From Ptychomitrium polyphyllum (taxonomy: Eukaryota), in assembly GCA_973851085.1 (NCBI GenBank), contig OZ316776.1, positions 6,262,001 through 6,326,000 on the forward strand: a DNA stretch of 64,000 nt, given 5' to 3'. Under the pieces are notes generated by a model. The model was not told the origin of the DNA. It saw only the letters and a program-made list of their open reading frames with translations, and ran no database searches. This document shows, piece by piece, positions 11,703-25,449 of the stretch (its first letter is position 1; every line of letters begins with the position of its first letter). A program made the position numbers and the translations under genes.

Positions 11703-14700
11703 ATGCGCGTTGGCAATGTACAGTTTACAGGGGAGTTGTACTTTACGGCTAAGATGAGGACAATCATAATTCCAACTGAAAAGGACGATGAAGGAAAGCA
11801 GATGTCGCCATTATCGTTGTCCCAGAGTCTTGACTCGCTTCTCGGGTCGAAGTCCTCCTTAACAACCGAATGGGCCGACTCTGTACGCTCCATCATGAAT
11901 TCTTCCTGTGGCTCACCAAGGACGATGTCGTGCAGTGGCTGCACAAATTTATCGTTGGCTTCAACATGCTCCTCAGATGGCGAGAGTGTTCATGATCGGC
12001 AGCTCTGCCTCGATCAAGAAATCGCAAAACTGGAAGGTGAGGAGATATTCAGTTTCCACTTTAGAAATGAGAGATAATCTGGCGCTTCTGTGGTTGGTTC
12101 TAATTCCTTCGAGCTTGCTACTGTATTACACCAAGCGTTGGTCTCTTCGTAGCACAAATTTTATCAACAATGGAAATCAAATGTGTAGGATCATTCAATG
12201 TTCTTCAACGGAAATAGTCAGTGACTTTGATGCTCTGATACTGTTAATTCGTAAGACACGTCAAGCACTTGGTAAAGTACAGTAACTTCCTAAGAAGCTG
12301 CAGACTGATTACTTTTAGTAACTGCAGGAGAGTTAGTTGTGATACGAACAGCCTTGGGAGTCTTAAATTCGCACCGCCGTGGCAGTCTAAACCGAATGCT
12401 GGACTTAAAGGGTACTATTTCTATCTCTCCTGGTTCAATAAATGATACGTAGAATCAATGACAGCAATAACGTGATTAGAAAATTTTGAGGAAAAATGAG
12501 TTTAACCTTTTGTGCTGCCGTCTTCTAATTGTGGGAATTTTACGATTTTGAGCATCATTGCTGTACCTTAGTAGAGAAACTAAGGCAAAGGTAGAAACGT
12601 AAACGTCTAGATAATGTGAAATACTTCGATGTGGATCGTAAGTCTCACTAGAAGATGCCATTGATGCGGTTCTCAGGGAATATTCGTGTGTTCTGTCGAG
12701 TAAGGCCATTCTTGCCTATTGAGAAGCATGCGAGACCAGGGCCTCTTACGGCTCCTAATGTCGACTGGGTCAAGGTCCCCAGTGCCAAGAAGGAATTCGA
12801 GTTCGATAAAGTTTTTCAACCGAATTCTGTTCAAGGTACGGAAGAGGCTGGCTGGTTCTGAGTTTGAGTTTCTTGTCAAACTCATTCGTCTACTTTATGT
12901 ATGGGTCTGGTTGACGAATCAGCTGATGAGCGGAATATCTTGTGGTGGCAGATGATGTATATGCTGAAATTGAGCCGATTGTCAGGTCTGCCTTAGATGG
13001 TCACAACGTGTGCATCTTCGCTTATGGGCAAACTGGATCTGGGAAAACCTTCACTATGGTCAGTACTACCACAGATCTCTTGCAATTTTATGCATTGGTA
13101 TTGGGGACTGCTCCTAGTTGGACAGGATCGTTATACTTGAAAGTACCATTGCAATAGAATTCTGACCCCGGCCTCCATAATTGGTTTGGGTTAACTGATG
13201 ATGCAGGAGGGCTCCAAGAATGAGCCAGGTGTAGTCCCACGCACACTTCAGCGTCTTTTTGAGGAAGCATCGTACGACATCAATGTTAATTATTCTTATT
13301 CCTTGAGTATGCTTGAGGTATATAAAGGCTCACTTCGAGATCTTCTGATAGCTCGACCTACTCGGAATTCTGACCATGTCACCAAGGGGTAAGACTTATT
13401 GTTCTCAGTTGTAACTGCAGAAGTATATATATCGAGCAGAAGATGACGATTCGTCCTGCACACTTAACACGTAAAATGTAGAGGAATGATCTGTACTCAT
13501 AACTATATTTAATTACCTTTGGGTGGATGCCTGTAGACTGTCCATCCAAATGGGCTCCAAGGGATATATTGAAGTTGAAAACCTGACCGAAGTACCAATA
13601 ACTGATGTCAAGGAGGCTAGCCAGTTGTATTTAAGAGGATCGCGACGTCGCTCAACAGCATGGACAAATGCCAACGATACTTCAAGCCGATCACATTGGT
13701 ATGCTTCCTGCCAAGTTGCCAACTAATTACTGCATTTTCTGAATCCTCATGTGAATCATTGTGCGTTCGTCGTTCTACAAAATGAGCGCTTGAAGATGGA
13801 AATCTGTGTGTCCTGCTTTACTTAACAGTCACCTTAGAGCACCTCAAATTTCAAGCCTTCTATCTGATCATAATGTTTGGATCCTGTGTTGTTGGCAGTT
13901 TACTACGAATCAACATCGTGTGTGCATCTGCACACGATTACAAGAAACGCGTTAGTAAGCTCTGGTTGGTCGATCTTGGAGGCAGTGAGCGGCTGTTGAA
14001 GACTGACGCACAAGGTCTGACTATGGAGGAGGGACGAGCTATCAATGTTTCTCTCTCAGCCTTGGGAGACGTCATCAGTGCACTTCAAACGCGTCGACCA
14101 CATGTGCCTTACAGGTTTGAAGCTGCTGATATTCAGCTTGTAACATTTAATTCCTTTCAACAACCAATTACATTTCTTTCCTGCATGATCTGGGAAAATA
14201 GTTGGAAGCTGATTCATAGTTAAAGATCTAAATGCAGTTCAGGCGTTTGATGATTTTTGAGTTTGAACTTCCTGACCAATATACATCGCGATTTGTACTG
14301 CAGGAACAGCAAGCTCACACAAATTCTGCGAGATTGTATGGGTAAGATCACCGACCTAGTATACTATCTGATATCCATCCCAAATCTCCAACTCCTAGAT
14401 GGTCTAGTGAAAAATTACTTGGTGATGAGAGACCTTCGTTGTGCTTCCTCAACTGATCTAATAAAAATGGCATTGCCGCATTTTCAACAGGTGAAGATTC
14501 GAAGACCTTGATGCTCGTGCATGTGAGCCCTAACGAAAATGATTTGGGAGAGACGATCTGCTCACTAAATTTTGCCACGCGAGTTCGAGGCACTCATTTA
14601 GGGCATGAGCTCTCAGCGGTAGTTCTTTGCACCTTGAATGATCATTTCCATTACGCAATGCTTGTCTCCTTTATCTAATGGCTGCAATCATTGAAAGAAG

Positions 14701-15638
14701 CAGTAGCCGTACTTGAATCTAATGCATTATTGCAACAACTTGTGGCATGAGTAATTTAGGGTGCTGAGAGGGAGAAGGCAGCAGCGATGTCCGAGCTCCA
14801 TAAACAACTGAGCATTTATGAGAGTGAGTGTCAACTTCTTTGCAACAAAATCAAGTCTCTGGATGTCATCTTAAATGAAAAGCGATGCTGCCTCGAAAAG
14901 GTGAAAAATGAAAAGTTGTTGCCACGCGAGTCTTTATTCACGCCTGGTCAACAGCACCATGTCGTCTCAGTCAGCATCACCTCACTGACATCACTCTCGC
15001 CTTCCAACAATTTAGAGAAGCCTCACGAAACCGATTCCAGTGCTATTTCACCTGTCAGAAAGGTACCAAGGTTCATGAGCCCTACTGCAAGCAGCCGTGG
15101 AAAGAAATCTCCTGGAGTTCCAGGCGACCACGTCATGATGACACAACAACCTCCGATGACATTCATGTCTGGATATTCTAAACGAATTCATGTAGCTCTT
15201 AGAAGTGCGTCGACAGACTCTCCGCGGCTAGGAGTGAAGGCGGACTCAAGAAACATCGCCATGAGTTCGAAGCGGAAATTAGTGGAGCGCTCGCCGTGGC
15301 CTGCTACTGTGAAGAAACCAGATTCAGCAGAAACTTTCATTGTTGCAACAACTTACCGAGCGACATCTGATGAACCCCCTGTTGTCAAGACCTGTTGCGG
15401 TGAAGAGACACCTCCCAATACGAAATTCACAGAATTACCTCCTAATGCTTCGACACCGGTCTCCATCTCCAAAGTTTCTGGGGAGCACTACTCACGGATC
15501 CTTGCTGCTGAAAGGTCAATTTCCAAGCTTGCTGTTTCGGTGTCATCAACATCTCGTGGTTCATCACCACGCAGTCGCAGAAGGCTTAGCTTGGATTGTG
15601 GCAGTATGAACGGCACCATAAAGAGGTTTGTGTTCTAA
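11703..15638 (+). CDS. Kinesin-14 family motor (KIN14T/KIN14U-like), 10 coding exons
   Basis: Exons: start (ATG 11703, 11754 or 11802)-12036, 12328-12411, 12677-12835, 12952-13058, 13207-13388, 13537-13698, 13899-14114, 14304-14341, 14491-14618, 14760-15638. All GT-AG with continuous frame (729 aa from 11802). Neck [16 protein letters not shown]-loop GQTGSGKT, switch I NDTSSRSH, switch II DLGGSER, HVPYRNSKLT. Start codon uncertain. Confidence 0.93.
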
Positions 15639-16628
15639 GCAACAATGCTGATTCTGTACATTCGTCACTAACGAAATCTTGACGTTCGACTCAAGATGGT
15701 TTTTCAGCAGACAGGTGCGTTTTCCTTCAATAGGACACATACGTTGTCAAGCCTTGGTACTCAATGCTTCCATCTATAGAACAAAGCAGTAGAAATTATC
15801 AGACTAGTCGCAATGGAGCGTATGTGGACCAAATAGATTGACCTCCTCTTCTCATAGTTGTCATACCCTTCAAAAATACATCTCTACACTCACTATGACG
15901 GTTGTGAATATGCTCAGGAATGCGTTTACATTACAATAATAAACATACGGCTTGTGCTTATTGACAACTTGAATGCTTACTGTTTTCTGCATCAATAGTA
16001 TTCTTTTGTGTAGTCTATATTATGCTTATTTCACTCAAGTTTAGGCCAGTGCATCAGAAAGAGAAAAAATTTAGGAGTAGTATTTATTTCAAGCTCCTGC
16101 TCAGTTAGCCAATTCACTTAGAGAACTAGTTAAGTTGGTATCTAGAACAAACTATACAATCGATTCTGAAGATGGTGGTTCAACCAGGGCAACCTTACTT
16201 CGATAAACACAATCTAATTTATGTGTAGGAGTCCAAATTTTGGCAGAGTGTAACTCAAAAATCACGTAACTAAAATTCCGGTATGCTGAGACTAGTTTCA
16301 GAACCACCTGCAGCACATGTCAATATACTATACCTTTGCACTTTACTTAAATCCCAGCCGTTTTCTACAGTGGATTCATATTCTTATAAGAAAAGCTTGT
16401 AAGCATAAATTACTTCACAATGACATGTTCAATGATACCTATGATGGAAGTAGTAGTTATAGTGCTACAATCATTGAACTGGTGCAGGTGTAACACTAAA
16501 ATATGACTAGTTACGATACAGACTTGCACTGAGACTAAATAATGTCCAAAGCAAAAGATTATCTAGAAGTGTAGGAATTTAATGTTACTGAAATTATTAG
16601 CGTCTTCAAATAAGGGAGAAGCTTCTGA

Positions 16629-19162
16629 TCAATAACTTCAGCCCCACAATGCCCACTCCTTTGCAGGCTTTCCAAAAACAAAAATCATTTGTTCCTTGAC
16701 ATTGTCACACAGCAAAAGTCCACCACCAAGTCAGATCAAAGTTGTACAGCGGAGCATGAAATTACTTGATGTGAGGAATTTCAAAGATTGAACGAACTAG
16801 GATTATGCGATCAAAAAGAAAAAGCACCATTCAGGAAGTATATTTGACACCATTGGAAGGGTATCCTGTTCGATTGGCATACAAAGAGTTTTAGCAGCCA
16901 TGTTTACAGCCCCTTTCGTCCTTGCCTTCACACTTTCCTCTACTTCCTGCAGATTCAAATCCCCGACCTCGTTGTTATACCTCCAAAGGACTCTCCATCA
17001 TATATGCGGTGATCATTCTCAACCTCTCATTTTCCTATGTTACCAAAGATTGATAGAGAGGCAGTGGTGTATGAGATAGCCTTCAGCTTCGTACCAAGCG
17101 TTTCTATCATACAGACTAAGCAATTAAAAAGATTTTTTTAATAAAAAAAATGCCAAAGGTTAATGGCTTAGTGATCTATGTTAACTAACTTGTCTCTAGA
17201 GAAGATGGGACGAAAATACAACAGAAACGCACCACTTCATCACACTAAGGTGCAAGTTCCATCTTTTTGTTGTTCAAGGCAGATATAAAATCGTCCCAAA
17301 TATAAACTACCGCAACACACGTGTCTCTCTCTTTTCTAGCTCTTTTCAAAAGGCTGCTCTGCATTTGTGTCCATTATCTGCCTGATCTTTTCAACAAGGT
17401 CCGTTACTCGAATATCTTGAGATCGTCCCGCAGGGCCTCAGCTTTAGCTTCTCATTCCCGACGAACAACTCGAACCTGCAAAATTCCATATAGTGAAAAT
17501 ATGTTTAGTCCCGACAAGCTCAAAAGATCACGTTTCAAACATACACAAGAACATTCTACTTGATTTCAAATGATAAATAAAGGAAAAAAGAGAATTTTTA
17601 ACACAAGCAAAAGACCAACTGTTCCGTTTTGTTGTTTTGCAATAATGAAGCTGAGTTTCAATTGAATCAAATAGAAAAGGAATACCTGCTCCTTTTCAAT
17701 ATCCCTGGAACCAGTCTCAATTCTTGTAGGTACACAGTAAGTGAAGGTGGAAAGAAATCGTAGACAAATACTGAATCTTAAAATGTCACCAAGATATATC
17801 TCCACAGAGGTGGTATAGAGACCACCAGCAAATTTCTCTAGGTCACTTTTCACACCCTTGATAACTGGAACTGCAAGAAGCTCCTCGTGTACTCTAAGAT
17901 ATAGCTCCAAAATTTGATCCACCTGCCAATATACCAATTTAAGATCCATGGTGCATGTCGTTAGCGGTTGCAATTTAAAGATAAAAACTTTAAGAAAAAA
18001 CCTCCCTGAATAAAACCTCTCTACATTGCCGACCACACCGAAAACATGAGATAACTCAGTTTCAATTACAAGACATGAGACAATAACCAAGATATAGAAG
18101 TGACAAACCTCTACGTCTGCTTCTGCTCTTGCGGCAAATGCAGTATGACCTTGCCACAGTAACTCACGACTTCTGCATATAAATAATGCGAAATTCTCAC
18201 ATCAGGTTTGCAGTAGCCAAATTATACTCTTGATTGAAAAGCATATCTGTAAAATTATGATAAACAGGACCCTGGCAACATGAACTGACCAATATCTTCA
18301 GAACCTGCTTTTACAACAAAGCAAATCAAGTCCTCTACTTGTTCTCCTTGGAAGATACATAGCAGTGATAAAACTAGAGGTACACAGAATATGACAAACT
18401 ACTAATTTCAGAATTAATGACTTAATCCTTGCAAGTTAAGTCTAGGTAACATGGGAATTCTAGAGGTGATTTTCAAGTATCTAGAAGACCCACGTGATGA
18501 ACGGGGTAGGGTGCTTGAACTCCCATCTCACGACGTTGCACCACTGGTTGATTTTGAGAGGGAGATCACGATGACTACGAATCCATTTTGCGAAAGTAGG
18601 GTACATTACTCTTTCGCTGGTAGGCCTAATAGCGATAGGCTCCTCAAGGTCAGATTCCCCAGATTTCGTCACCCAGGCAACCTGTCGCATGCCAAGAAGT
18701 AGCATATCATAAGCAATCTTTAGGGCTCTAGAAATTGACCGCATGGTGACATCGTGATGGTTGGACAAAACAAAGTCATACAATCGAAGTAGACAATCAA
18801 GTAACTCAGGGGCGAACCCTTCAACGTGGTCTTCCTCTTTCGAAATGCCTTCTTCAAAACAAACAGAAGTACGAGTTTTTAATTTCCATCTGCTTGATTT
18901 CCTTGTCAAGGAAAGTCCTGTGATCCAAGCACGAGCGCAGTATTTTAGAATTTCCCGGACGTTGCTGCCCTAACCTAAAATCCAGCAACACATGATATTA
19001 CACATTACAGATCATGATCAATCAAGACGTGGGTTTCGTTGTAGCACACCTTGACGGATTCTCAGATTAAATAAGACCGGGCCGTAGAATGTTGCATCGG
19101 AGTACCATTGTCCAAAGTTTTCGTTCTTAAATGCAAGGCCCTCTTCGATCACCTTCATCAAC
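16629..19162 (-). pseudogene. Unprocessed pseudogene of cytosolic (eukaryote-type) prolyl-tRNA synthetase
   Basis: Exon remnants in order: [100 protein letters not shown]. Lesions: frameshift near 18860; in-frame stops at 17452-17454, 17245-17247 and 16638-16640; splice donors reading TT (18804) and AT (17799); motif 3 region absent. 5' boundary approximate. Confidence 0.9.
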
Positions 19163-22100
19163 CTGCCCACATTCTCGGCTGTCCAACCAACGAACACAAG
19201 ATTGAAAATACTTACATCTAGGATACTAGTGCAATTGACTTACGTAACTGCTAAGAAAGCTCTAAAGAAGACCGACAGACCGTGACGACAAACCTACTCA
19301 TGAAACATAACTTGCTTAAAGGACTAGGGAACCTTCAGCAGCCGGGCTGGAGAAGATCACCGGAGAAGCTAAAATGCTTTTGCTAAGTCTCAGCCATTGA
19401 TAGCATAGATTTTGATTGATTGGGCTCACAAAGTACAAAGCTGGCTCCCATATACACTTCTAAACTTCTAACGCTCCTCTGACACACCAACCATAACACA
19501 ACACACTGCTGTTCATCCTCTTAGCATTATGATTTAGCCATATGCTTTTCTCTCACAATCCTATCACCTCACAATGCTCTGTCCATCCATCCCATCATAT
19601 GAACTGTAACAACATCGGCAATTCTAGCGTGTAGGAAAAGTTCAGGAGAGCACTGAAGGCAGATCAAGCTCGTAAACTTGACACTATGGACATGGGATTC
19701 TGCCCGCCTATCCCTAGATCGCCTGATACTGAGTGCTCAGCCTCCATGGTTGAGTTTCTGAAGCTCCAGCCTCATCACTGCTGCTGGTCTGATCTGTCGC
19801 TCAGCCCCTTCTTGGGCGAGCTGGGACTCCTCCATCGCCACTAACTAGTTCAGAACTTACTGAGCTCACAACAATCACTGCAATTTGGCCATCACTGTCA
19901 ATATCGTATATACAGTACTCCGCTTTAAAGCCCAGTGGTTTAAGTGGTGGTCATGTTGCCAGTTTTACCACCGTCTTTTTCACAGAAAATGAAGTCCTTT
20001 TATCTTTTGTTCAAGAATGTGAGTCCACTGAGACCCAACTTGACTGTCGAGGAGGTCAGCAGAGAAGTTCAGATTTAGCCACGAGAGTTTGAGAGTTCTG
20101 GGTGGCTTTGATCACCTGGGTGGCAAGGAGAAGCTCCACAGCAAGCGGAAGAAGGTGATTTTGCCTGCTTGGAAGTGAAAAAAGGAAGCTGTTTGGATGG
20201 TGTTGTGTTCGAAGTTGTGTTTGTATTTGGAAGCGACAAAGTGCACCTACGAGAAGCTCACATCTAATGTGGCTCAAAAAAGAATCATGTTAAAATCTAT
20301 AACCCATGAAGAAGCTCACTTTTTAATGCTCTTGATGTGAAAACTGTTAGTAAATAAGCTCCATTTTAGACTGCCTTATTTTTTTTAGGCTCCTCAAGTC
20401 ACAAAGTTATATCTATAGAAATCAAAAGTTACAAACTCTACAGAGACAAGAATTTCTTCCATGGATTTTATTTTTTATGTATTTTAATATGTAAGGAAAT
20501 CAAACTTGAGTGATTGCCATAAACATGTGCAAGGCAGCTAATATTGAATATCATTATTTATTGAAAATAATTCAAATGCCAAGACAATGAAATGCAAAAA
20601 AAATATAATTGAACTAAATTTAGAAGTTGTCTACACTTGCCAATGATGTTCCATGCTTTTCTTTCCATCAATAAATTTTGTATGTTCTTTGAATTCAAAA
20701 TTTTATTTTAATTATGATTTATATTACTTGGAAGCATATGTATGCATTGAAAATAAAGACCAATCTTAAATGGTATATACTAAGATATATTGGAGGGATT
20801 GTGAGTTAATAAAAGATGCATTATTAAATTTTAAACAATTTGATACATTAGTCAGAAAATTAGAACACTTTATTTATCTACTTGTAGAAGTTATAATTAT
20901 ATTTGCTTAATAAGAAGTAGTTTTCAAAACTTTTCTTCAAAAAAGATTTGTAATTTTATGACTACAATGTTAGATACATATTGAATTTCATTCATGATTG
21001 TAAGTGAGATTCTTATTTTAAAATGAAATTCTAAACCATTGTTCCAATTTTGTTAATAAACATATAAATTCACTTTTATAGATATAAAAATATCACATAT
21101 TACAACTATTTTCAAATTAAAAATTGTTGAAATAATCTCTAAAAATATATCCTTTGAATTGACCAATTCATTACATTGGTCTATAATTCCAAAGCAGGTT
21201 TTAAATTTTTTGATGAAAGAACAAGTCCAATTCTAAACAATTTTAAACAATTTTGAATACAAAAAGTAAAAAATATCAATTTCATTCTTCAAAATATAAA
21301 ATATTCAATATTATTTTACAAAATTTTATTGAATTATGGATAGTTAAGGATATATTGGTCTTTGATGTAATTAAATATTTTAAAATTTATTTTGTATTTG
21401 ATATTTATTATTTTATAAATATAAAAGATAAAAATTACAATGTAATTAGAAATTATTGTTTGAAAGGAAAATAATAGTGAAGTTTAAATTTATTAAATAT
21501 GTATTTCATGAATTTAAAAATCTTTTGAATTGTGTTTGATGTCTAGAAGTCTAAGAAATCAATATGTATAAAGAGTTTATTTTCACTAGGCCTCTAATTT
21601 ATAATATGAAAAAACCTATAATATCCATTAGATGTATTTATGAAGATTTTCATATTTTAAGTCAACACAAAAAAAAAAATCTATTATTTATAGATCTTAA
21701 ATGAAGAACTCTCTAAAAATTCTTATAATGAATAGAATTTTTGATAAATCTAAAATTTCAAATGAAATTGAGATATCAAAGTCCATAGAAAGACTTCTCC
21801 ATCTTAGTAGAACTATAGCTATAAAGTTTTTAGTATCACTCCTACTCAATTAATGGCAATGATGTTAAATTTTTTAAGCTAGAACTCCATTCAAATTGTA
21901 TTTTTAATCAATTTGATTTTGTAGATTTCACTAAACAATCAAACTATAGTAAAAAAATGTTAGCAAACATTTTACAAATTTTGAATGTCTTCCTATATCA
22001 TGGTTAGTCACCTAAAAACATCATTCTTAAGATAGAATGTAAAGTACATCACATCTTATCCTTAACACCATTGTACAACAAACTATTATTTTAAGTTAAA

Positions 22101-23831
22101 TAACTTGAACATATGAATTATTATGAAATTCTTCCAATCCTTGCTTTTCTTTATAGCATGAGTTATCAAAATTTGCTTGAATCCCTCTGTGTGTAAACTT
22201 TAGCATACATAAGAGCCTGACCACCATATACATACACAATCACATATGGTGGTCCCCATTTCACAACTTACCTATCATACCTTCGGCACTGTTTTTTACT
22301 TTAGTTATCTTTTCACATATTCATGTATGCGATTCACCATACTCATTGAACGCCTCAAATGTCCGTCCTGATGTTCATAATGACGCAGCCATTCCAAGGT
22401 ATAGCCTGTTCACGATGCACTCAAACGGAATCCAGTCAATCTCCTGTCATTGGAGAAAATAATCATAGTTCTCTTTTTGACACATGATAGTCAAATTTGC
22501 AATGGAAGGTGTACATGCTTCCCTGAGAATCCTAGACTAGCCGCTAGGCTCGGAAACAAACCGTGAAGAATATATGCCGTAGCATAATGAAGGATACACA
22601 ACGACAACTTTACACAGTACGTACAGCTAACTCGAGCGGAAGGGCCTACGGTATAATGGCTGTACTGTAGAGTATGCAACAACATAGAGATTCGAAAATC
22701 CTTCTCACATGATTCCAAACCGAAACACTGAAACGTGTAGCTACCGGAGATTCGTCGAAAGCCTTGGAGTGTGGTGCCAAGAACAGGTGTCAGGAGCCTG
22801 GAGATTTTTCTTGAAATAACAAACGGGTATTAAATACGTATCACCATGGTTTCACTTTGGCAGAATGCAGTTATCAAAACCAGGAACATAAAACTACTAG
22901 TGACTCCGGAGTCTGGCATGTCTAGATTCATCCGACTCGAATTTCGAGGCCTGGCATAATATAGCATCGATATTTGTCCGCCCTCCGATTCAGCCATCAG
23001 ATCCTTTGATTCCTACTGGACAATCATGCATAGGTAGCTGCTAGATTGATCAAAACTTGGAAAACATATGATTGTAAAATGATTCCCTTGTTAGTCTTCC
23101 TGACTTGTTCGTGGGCAGTGGAGATTATGGCATCGGCCATCCAACGTTTGGTCACTTCCTCCGGACATCATTTTTGCTTTTTACGTTCATTTCTAGACTG
23201 CGTTCAGGGCGCTAGATTCTATTGCGAGGTACTGGCCACAACCGACAACCATTTGTCGAAGACTTCGCAATCACTCTACAGCTGGTACGTTTAGTAGGTG
23301 GGTAATAATTTCGCACCATTGCGTCTTTGATGCAACCAGGGTTGCTTGAGGTACAGGAGAACAGGGTTGGTTGGATTCAAGATCATCTATACGTAAGGCA
23401 CCTCGGACCGGTTAAATGAGAGACCATGGCAATGAACTCCATGTGAGTTGTGAGTTGGGGCTGTAACAGTTCCTTCAAGTGGACACAAGGATAAATTCAA
23501 CTAGTGGGATCATTTCCAGTTTGTTTCTTCGCGATTTTTTTTCCTGAGAGAGGTGATTTTCTGCTTAGATTAGGGAGTTATATCTCCTCATGTGCACCTC
23601 GATTGTTTTGATAGAAGAAACGGGTGCAATTAGGTCAAAATTTTGATACGGTACACCACTGGATTTTCAGGTAGGGACTGAAAGAGGAAACAAGCGTGAC
23701 GGACAGCTTTAACGAGGATTTGAGGAAAATATAGAGAATCGTAGAGACGATGGATGTAAGAGAGGGAAACCAGTTGAGAAAATTGTACTGCTAGGATCGT
23801 TTGAGCAGTGAAGTGGACGACCAGGGTGGCT

Positions 23832-25449
23832 ATGGTAGCAGAAATGGCAACTTCGTATGTGAAGAGTCGGAAACTAGACTGGTTCATGGATTGCGCTGGC
23901 TTGAAAGCGTTGGCAGTGGGACAGATCCTCAGTCTGGTAATGACGTGTGCAGGGTGGTCAACCTCAATGCTTGTCCGCAATGGCATCCACGCTCCATTGA
24001 CCCAGGCTTTCCTCGTGTACCTCTTCTTTACTATCATATACGGATCCATCCTTGTTTACAGAAGGAAACCGATTCAAATCGCATGGTACTGGTACCTCCT
24101 GCTTGCCGTCGTGGACGTGGAAGCAAACTTCCTGGGAGTTATGTCGTTTCAGTACACGTCCATTACCAGCGTCATGCTGCTCTTCTGCTGGACCATCCCG
24201 TGCGTGATGTTCTTTACATGGCAGTTTCTCAAAACACAGTACGAATCCAACCATTTCTCTGGAGTGGCCGTCTGTGTGGCGGGTCTGGTGGTGGTCATCT
24301 TCTCTGACGTCCATTCCTATGATGGTCGTGCCAGCGGCGGCAGCAATGTTGCGCTTGGGGATGCGCTTGTGATCGCAGCTGCAATTTTGTTTGCTTCTGT
24401 GAACGTCAGCGAGGAGTTTGTGGTGAAGAAAGTCGACCAGGTATGGCAATTTTCAGCTTGCCAATTACATTGTACAACAAAGTTATTAATATGTTAAACA
24501 TAAGCCTAGCTGTTTAGTAGCAACAGTTCAACACATAAAAATCATTTAAGCTAGTATTTAAGACGAAAATTACTTTTCTTCGCAAGCACGGTTCTCAGTG
24601 CCTTCATGCAACCTAAACTACCATGTTGTAGTAATTACGACTAGAGATGTGCAAAGAATGCCCTAAACTCAAATTTGTACGTAGGAGGTTTCCTAGTAGC
24701 CCACAAGTTTACTGAATTTATCATTTATTCTGACACTCATCAATATCTCTGCATGGAGCCGTAATGCTAAGTTAATTTTTTTGAGAATGTACAGTAGTAA
24801 GTTCGTTGGTGGGACAGAGGAGGGTCAGAACTCATAATGTCGCTGAGTGCATTTATGAGGGTAGCTTTGCACTTTGTGAGCCCACTTTCAACCAAAAACT
24901 ATGCTTTCAATGACTGAGATTCAACAAAACGGTTAGAATTATGTCTAGTAACCTTCTCCGGCCGTTGATGGACACATACTGCCAATGCTCCCAGTGGCCA
25001 ATTTAATGAACATACTCCTTCAGGTGGAGTACCTTGCACTGCTCGGCTTCTTCGGGATGATCGTGAGCGGGAGCCAGCTCGCAATGCTGGAGTCGAAGGA
25101 GCTTGCGGCCATCGACTGGAAAGCAAACGTCATCACCCCGTTCCTTGCATACGCAGTGTCGACTCTTGCATTTTCCAGTTTGGTGCCGTGGCTGCTGCGG
25201 ATGCATGGCGCCACCATGTTGAACCTCTCGTTGTTAACGTCCGACATGTGGGCCGTCGCAGTGCAGGCCATCGGGTTTCACGAACCCGTCGATGGCCTTT
25301 ACTTCGTGGCCTTGGCGCTCGTCGCCGTCGGGCTCCTGCTGTATGCTGCGGCCGGAGAGCCCTCACGTTCCAACAACTCTTCGCTAGAATCAGCACCAGA
25401 ACTGAAACACAGTCTGATCGATTCCGTGGAGAAAGAATCTGCGGTTTAG
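23832..25449 (+). CDS. SLC35F-like (DUF914) multi-pass DMT-superfamily transporter, 2 coding exons, about 344 aa
   Basis: Exons 23832-24440 and 25024-25449 (phase-0 GT-AG intron). Family motifs DVEANFL, YTSITSVMLL, NVSEEFVVK and NLSLLTSDMWAV; many hydrophobic segments. Confidence 0.92.

Noticed and set aside
19686..19844. 52-codon ATG ORF (MDMGFCPP...) upstream of the ProRS pseudogene
   Set aside because: Length compatible with chance in GC-richer DNA; no motif; could be leftover leader or promoter sequence.
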